DNA of 29,469 nt. Origin: Candidatus Rokuibacteriota bacterium. GTDB taxonomy: Bacteria; Methylomirabilota; Methylomirabilia; Rokubacteriales; DASRDR01. This document shows positions 24,914 to 29,469 of the stretch, piece by piece. The DNA lies in assembly GCA_044866005.1 (NCBI GenBank), contig JBIOTN010000247.1, positions 1-29,469 of the forward strand. The letters are read 5' to 3'. The notes beneath the pieces were generated by a model. It did no database searches. It saw nothing but the letters and a program-made list of their open reading frames with translations, and was not told where the DNA came from. How positions within the stretch are numbered: the first letter of the stretch is position 1; each line of letters opens with the position of its first letter. The position numbers and the translations under genes were made by a program.

Positions 24914-25603
24914 ATGAGGTCGCGCGAGCGCCGCGCGTCGGCCGGCCGGGGCCGCCCCGAGGGCGGGGGGCGCCGGCCGGCGGGCGGTGCGGCGCCGCGC
25001 GGCATCCGGAGCTTCGTGGCCGTGCTCCTGCCCGACGCCGTGCGCGCGCGGGTGGACGAGGCGGCCGCCGAGCTCCGCCGGCCCGGCGCGGCGATCTCGT
25101 GGGTGCGCGCCGAGAACTTCCACGTGACGCTGCGCTTCCTCGGCGCCGTGGACGAGGCGACGCTCGGTCGCGTGCGCGAAGCCCTGGCCGAGGCCGCCAG
25201 CGCGACGGCGCCGTTCATGATGGGGCTCGGCGGGTTCGGCGGCTTCCCGTCGTCCCGGGCGCCGCGGGTCGTCTGGGCCGGCGTGACCGCGGGGGCGGAC
25301 GCGCTCGGGGCGTTCTCCGCGCGGCTCGAGGCGGCGCTCGCGCGGCGCGGGATCCCGCCGGAGGGCCGGCCGTTTCACGCGCACGTGACGCTGGGCCGCG
25401 CCCGCGAGCCGCGGGGGGCGGCCGGCCTGAGCGAGCTGCTCGAGCGGCCCGCGGTGCCGCTCGGCGACGTGGCGGTGGAGGCCGTGTACCTGATGCGCTC
25501 GGACCTCCATCCCGCGGGCGCGCGGTACAGCGTGCTCGCGCGCGAGCCGCTCGGGGCGCGCGAAGGGGCGCCGCGCGTTGACTTCGACGCAGGCGCTCCG
25601 TAG
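24914..25603 (+). CDS. thpR: RNA 2',3'-cyclic phosphodiesterase (2'-5' RNA ligase family); start uncertain
   Basis: RSFVAV, two HxT motifs (FHVTLRFLG; FHAHVTLGR), PRVVWAG, LMRSDL...GARY. Confidence 0.92.
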   Translation: MRSRERRASAGRGRPEGGGRRPAGGAAPRGIRSFVAVLLPDAVRARVDEAAAELRRPGAAISWVRAENFHVTLRFLGAVDEATLGRVREALAEAASATAPFMMGLGGFGGFPSSRAPRVVWAGVTAGADALGAFSARLEAALARRGIPPEGRPFHAHVTLGRAREPRGAAGLSELLERPAVPLGDVAVEAVYLMRSDLHPAGARYSVLAREPLGAREGAPRVDFDAGAP

Positions 25604-25606
25604 AAT
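25578..25606 (+). promoter_or_regulatory. Sigma-70 promoter of recA
   Basis: TTGACT (25578-25583), N17, TAGAAT (25601-25606); overlaps the thpR 3' end. Confidence 0.8.
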
Positions 25607-25681
25607 GGCGCCGGCTTCACACGCACGACGCGGAACGCTCGCGCCGTGACGCCTGGGGGCGAGCTCGGAAGGAGGGACGGA

Positions 25682-27826
25682 ATGGCGGACGCGAAGGCGG
25701 AGTCCAAGGCCGAGTCGAAAGCCGACCGGGACCGCCGGCAGGCCCTGGATCTGGCGCTGAGCCAGATCGAGCGGCAGTTCGGCAAGGGCGCGGTCATGAA
25801 GCTCGGGTCGGCCGGGGCGCTGGAGGAGGCCGCCGTCATTCCGACCGGCTCGCTCGCCATCGACGTCGCGCTCGGGATCGGCGGCATCCCCCGCGGCCGG
25901 GTCAGCGAGATCTACGGCCCGGAGTCGTCCGGCAAGACGACCCTCGCGCTCCACGTGATCGCGGAGGCCCAGCGGCAAGGCGGGTACGCCGCCTTCATCG
26001 ATGCCGAGCACGCGCTCGACGCCCCGTACGCCAAGGCCCTCGGCGTCAACATCGACGAGCTCCTGATCTCCCAGCCCGACACGGGGGAGCAGGCCCTGGA
26101 GATCGCCGAGCACCTGGTCCGGTCGGGCGCGATCGACGTCATCGTCGTCGATTCGGTCGCCGCGCTCGTGCCCAAGGCCGAGCTGGACGGCGAGATGGGC
26201 GACTCGCTGCCGGGGCTCCAGGCGCGGCTCATGTCGCAGGCCTTGCGCAAGCTGACGGCGGCCATCTCGCGCTCCGGGACCGCCGTGGTCTTCATCAACC
26301 AGATCCGCGAGAAGATCGGGGTCATGTTCGGCTGCATGCATTACAGCACCCGGGTGACTCTCGCAGACGGGCGCAGCGAGAAGATCGGCAAGATCGTGAA
26401 CCAGCGGCTTCCGGTCGAGGTCCTGTCCTATGACCCTGGGACCGGCCGGATCGAGCCGCGCCGTGTCGTGAACTGGTTCGACAACGGCCGTGTCGACCAC
26501 TTCCTGGAGTTCGAAGTCGAAGGCGGCCCGTCCGGACGCCGTCACTTTGCCACGACGGAGAACCACATCATCTTCACGCCTCGTGGTCCGGCCCGGGCCG
26601 GCGATCTCGACGTCCGCGACGAAGTGCTCGTGTGCGTAGAGGATTACGCGCTCACCGACGATCAGCTTCAGGTCGTGCTGGGTGGCGGCCTGGGCGACGG
26701 CTCTATCCGCCGGACGGGCACCCACGCCGCGCACTTCCGCGTCGGGCACGCCGTGAGGCAGGCTGAATACCTTCGGTGGAAACACTGGATGCTCGAGCCG
26801 TTTTCGCGGCCGATCGGTCGGACCGGAAACGGGCTCGGCTTCGATACCCTCGCCATGCCGGTCCTCGCCGATCTCCACGGGGAGCTCTACGACGGTGGTG
26901 GGCGCCGGACGGCAGCGGGCTCAGCCCTCGATCGCTTGGACGCTCGTGGTCTGGCGGTGTGGTACGGTGACGACGGCTCGTTCGCGGGCTCCTATCAGCG
27001 CTGGGGCGACGGTAAGGCGGTACTCTACAACAAGTCGTTGCCCCGCGAGTCGCGAGAACGGGTCATGGCGACGTTCGAGCGCCTCGGCCTGGGACGGCCG
27101 CGTGACGATGACCGTGGCTTCTGGTTCACCTCGGACCAATCGGCCCGGTTTCACGCGCTGATCGCTCCGTACCTGCATCCCTCGATGGACTACAAGCTGC
27201 ACCCAAGTCAGCGCGGTCGTTTCGGCTGGAGGCCAGATCTGAGCGATGCTCACCTAAATGGCACGCGCCTCGCGAACCGTCGCCGGCTACGAGCGGTTCC
27301 GGCCCGGATCCTCGATCGCTATGTCAAGCCGACCAGCCGAGCCACCCATCGGTTCGACCTTCAGGTCGAGGGGAACCACACCTATCTTGTCGACGGCGTC
27401 GTCGTCCACAATTCCCCCGAGACGACGCCGGGCGGCCGCGCGCTCAAGTTCTATGCCAGCGTCCGGCTTGACATCCGCCGCATCGAGACGATCAAGACGG
27501 GCACCGACGCGGTCGGTTCGCGGGTCCGCGTCAAGGTCGTGAAGAACAAGGTCGCGCCGCCGTTCCGCGTCGCCGAGTTCGACATCATGTACGCCGAGGG
27601 GATCAGCCGGCCGGGTGGCCTACTCGACGTCGGGACGGCGATGGGCATCCTCACCAAGACGGGCGTCTGGTTCAACTACGGGGAGACTCGCCTTGGCCAG
27701 GGCCGCGAGGCCGCCAAGGACTTCCTGAAGGCCAACCCCGACATCGCCACCTCGCTCGAGCACGACATCCGCGGGAAGGTCGGGGCCGTGGCGGTCCCGG
27801 TCGAAGGCATCGAGGAGGCCGAGTAG
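25682..27826 (+). CDS. recA: Recombinase RecA, intein-containing precursor
   Basis: [50 protein letters not shown] | intein | [41 protein letters not shown] before ATG 25682. Confidence 0.97.
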   Translation: MADAKAESKAESKADRDRRQALDLALSQIERQFGKGAVMKLGSAGALEEAAVIPTGSLAIDVALGIGGIPRGRVSEIYGPESSGKTTLALHVIAEAQRQGGYAAFIDAEHALDAPYAKALGVNIDELLISQPDTGEQALEIAEHLVRSGAIDVIVVDSVAALVPKAELDGEMGDSLPGLQARLMSQALRKLTAAISRSGTAVVFINQIREKIGVMFGCMHYSTRVTLADGRSEKIGKIVNQRLPVEVLSYDPGTGRIEPRRVVNWFDNGRVDHFLEFEVEGGPSGRRHFATTENHIIFTPRGPARAGDLDVRDEVLVCVEDYALTDDQLQVVLGGGLGDGSIRRTGTHAAHFRVGHAVRQAEYLRWKHWMLEPFSRPIGRTGNGLGFDTLAMPVLADLHGELYDGGGRRTAAGSALDRLDARGLAVWYGDDGSFAGSYQRWGDGKAVLYNKSLPRESRERVMATFERLGLGRPRDDDRGFWFTSDQSARFHALIAPYLHPSMDYKLHPSQRGRFGWRPDLSDAHLNGTRLANRRRLRAVPARILDRYVKPTSRATHRFDLQVEGNHTYLVDGVVVHNSPETTPGGRALKFYASVRLDIRRIETIKTGTDAVGSRVRVKVVKNKVAPPFRVAEFDIMYAEGISRPGGLLDVGTAMGILTKTGVWFNYGETRLGQGREAAKDFLKANPDIATSLEHDIRGKVGAVAVPVEGIEEAE
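26333..27412 (+). mobile_element. Intein with LAGLIDADG homing endonuclease in recA (360 aa)
   Basis: Starts at Cys1 ([13 protein letters not shown]); block B TENH; endonuclease motifs [10 protein letters not shown] and LAVWYGDDG; ends [20 protein letters not shown] with Ser at +1. Removing it restores contiguous RecA VMFG-SPETT. Confidence 0.95.
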
Positions 27827-27966
27827 GGCGGGCCGCTGATGCGGGCGATGGCGGCGTTGTCGGCTGCGGGCGCTCGCTTACGCACGACAGAAGTGCGCGC
27901 GCTCGCGTCCTCGCCTTCGCCGTGCCCTCGCCACGCCTGAGCGTCCCGCCAGGTCAGGCACGCCGC

Positions 27967-28005
27967 AGCCGCGGCACGGGCCTGAGCCGCGGCACGGGCC
28001 TGAGC
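27967..28005 (+). repeat. Exact 18-bp tandem repeat (AGCCGCGGCACGGGCCTG x2 + AGC) in the recA-recX spacer
   Basis: 27967-27984 equals 27985-28002. Confidence 0.8.
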
Positions 28006-28042
28006 GGCCCCCCAACGTAACGCGCGCCTCAGCCGCGGCTTC

Positions 28043-28717
28043 GTGACATCGAACCGGCCCAAGCGACGAACGCCCCCGGCTGAGCTTCGCGAGCGGCGGG
28101 CTGCCGTCGAGAACGTCACCGTCGTCCTCGACTCCGCGGCGCGCTTTCTCGAGACGCGTTCGCGGTCCGTCGCCGAGGTGCGGCGACGGCTGACCTCGGC
28201 GGGGTACCGGCCATCGCTGATCGACAGGGCCATCGATGAGCTCACGCGCCAGGGATACCTCGACGACGGGTCCTTCGCCCGTGCCTGGGTGGCGTCGCGG
28301 GACCGCGCCAGACCGCGGGGCCAGCGAGCCCTGCGCGCCGAGCTGCTCGCCAAGGGGATCGACCGCGCGCTTGTCGAGGAGGTCCTCGCCGAGCGGGCTA
28401 CCTCGGAGCCGGTCATGCGGGGTGTGGCCGTCGACCTCTCGCCCACAGACCGACCAGAAGCGGGCGGCGAGAGGGTCTCGCCGGACGAGGTGGCCGCGCG
28501 TCGCCTGATCGAGAAGCATCGGCGGTCGCTGAGCCGCGAGACGGATCCGCGCCGGCGGCGCCAGAAGGCCTATGCACTCCTCGCGCGGAATGGTTTCGAT
28601 CCGGACGTGTGCCGGCGCGTGGCGGCAGCGTTCCAGGCCGACGACACGGTGGCGGTAGCGTTCCAAGGCGACGACACGCTGGCGGCCGACTCAACCGCGG
28701 ACGACGCGGAACCCTGA
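28043..28717 (+). CDS. recX: Regulatory protein RecX
   Basis: AARFLETRSRSVAEVRRRL, GYLDDGSFARAWV, RG.RALRAELLAKGI, YALLARNGF; downstream of recA. Confidence 0.9.
   Translation: MTSNRPKRRTPPAELRERRAAVENVTVVLDSAARFLETRSRSVAEVRRRLTSAGYRPSLIDRAIDELTRQGYLDDGSFARAWVASRDRARPRGQRALRAELLAKGIDRALVEEVLAERATSEPVMRGVAVDLSPTDRPEAGGERVSPDEVAARRLIEKHRRSLSRETDPRRRRQKAYALLARNGFDPDVCRRVAAAFQADDTVAVAFQGDDTLAADSTADDAEP
28621..28680 (+). repeat. Imperfect 30-bp tandem duplication in the recX 3' end (AAAFQADDTV / AVAFQGDDTL)
   Basis: 28621-28650 vs 28651-28680 show 4 mismatches. Confidence 0.75.
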
Positions 28718-29467
28718 ACCAAGCCGCTCGGCTGCCTCCGCGTAGCCGTGGACTCGCGGCCTGGCTGACGCTAGGGCCTCGTCAAGACCGACCCACCTGG
28801 CCTGCCGGCCGCTCGCGAACACGTCGAACAGGATGAACGTGCTCGTCCGTCGCTCGTCCGGTCGCCCGCCGCGCCACCACGCCTCGAACTCCCACGGTGG
28901 GTCCGGGCAGATCGCGCGGAAGGAGGCCGGGCGCATGCGCACGCTGTGGATGACCTCCGCCGACCACAGGCCGGCCACGACGTGCGCCTCGCACCGGAAG
29001 CCTCCGCGTAGGCGCAGGCGCTCGGCCAGCACCATCGGCAGGTACATGCGCTTTGCGTTGTAGGAACCCGCGACGGACTGAAGGTCCGGGAAGCGCGTCC
29101 GATTCTCGATGTGGAGTACCGCCTCGCGCTCGAGCGACCAGGCCACGAGATCGCCCCGCCCGGCGAACTGAAAGTGCTGGTAGGGCTCGTCGATCGAAAC
29201 CTGATACCCGAGGTCGCGAAGGCGAGACGCCTGGAGCTCGCCCATCGCCGCGTGAACGAGGTCGACCTCGCGCTGCGGGATCCGCCGGGCGGTTGGATCT
29301 GTGAACGCGAGGTCGAGGCGCATCCCGAGCGCGTGGGCGACGCGCGCATAACTGTCAAGCGAGGCTTGTCGACCGGCCTCCATTCCGTGGATTACTGATG
29401 CGGAAACGCGGGCGCGGGTCGCCAGCGTCTGCAGGCTCCACCGCCGCCGGGCGCGCTGCTCGCGCAC
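28691..29467 (-). CDS. XRE-type helix-turn-helix protein fused to a restriction-endonuclease-like domain; probably 5'-truncated by the window edge
   Basis: RRRWSLQTLATRARVSASVIHGMEAG (HTH_3 pattern); AGRGDLVAW...LHIENRT resembles a PD-(D/E)XK core. Confidence 0.7.
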   Translation of the reverse strand: MREQRARRRWSLQTLATRARVSASVIHGMEAGRQASLDSYARVAHALGMRLDLAFTDPTARRIPQREVDLVHAAMGELQASRLRDLGYQVSIDEPYQHFQFAGRGDLVAWSLEREAVLHIENRTRFPDLQSVAGSYNAKRMYLPMVLAERLRLRGGFRCEAHVVAGLWSAEVIHSVRMRPASFRAICPDPPWEFEAWWRGGRPDERRTSTFILFDVFASGRQARWVGLDEALASARPRVHGYAEAAERLGSGFRVVRG

Positions 29468-29469
29468 GA

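Noticed and set aside
25560..25681. LexA/SOS box at the recA promoter
   Set aside because: No match to CTGT-N8-ACAG, GAAC-N4-GTTC or GTTC-N7-GTTC was seen.
23078..26878. 1266-aa minus-strand ORF, and other long antisense ORFs such as 8455..10860, 11170..13305, 15521..17644, 5271..7328 and 21484..23490
   Set aside because: These are shadow frames of recognisable genes in high-GC DNA and carry no family motifs.
27960..28040. CRISPR-like array in the recA-recX spacer
   Set aside because: Only two abutting copies, with no spacers and no cas genes.

Overview
High-GC bacterial window. Gene style suggests Methylomirabilota/'Rokubacteria', which is an inference. Housekeeping genes lie at both ends: lolA and yajQ on the left; rimO-pgpA-cinA-thpR-recA-recX on the right. 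About 19 kb of accessory genes lie between them. (i) A secreted SBP56/methanethiol-oxidase-like protein is paired with an SCO copper chaperone and appears to lack the two TTQ-forming tryptophans. (ii) An alpha/beta hydrolase follows. (iii) A hidden 556-aa selenoprotein has an in-frame TGA in a U-G-S-C motif followed by a SECIS-like hairpin; the ORF track splits it in two, and it heads an operon with a TRAP transporter. (iv) Two paralogous signalling cassettes each read multi-GAF histidine kinase -> single-domain receiver -> receiver-class III nucleotide cyclase. The second is headed by an H-NOX heme sensor, giving a candidate NO-to-cyclic-nucleotide phosphorelay, and the two cyclase genes share a near-identical 243-bp segment that flanks the H-NOX cassette. 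(v) A membrane hybrid kinase ends the block. recA carries a 360-aa LAGLIDADG intein at the VMFG/SPET site. The DNA from the intein to the window end may have a different origin (transfer or assembly chimera). No rRNA, tRNA, CRISPR array, transposase or integrase was seen.
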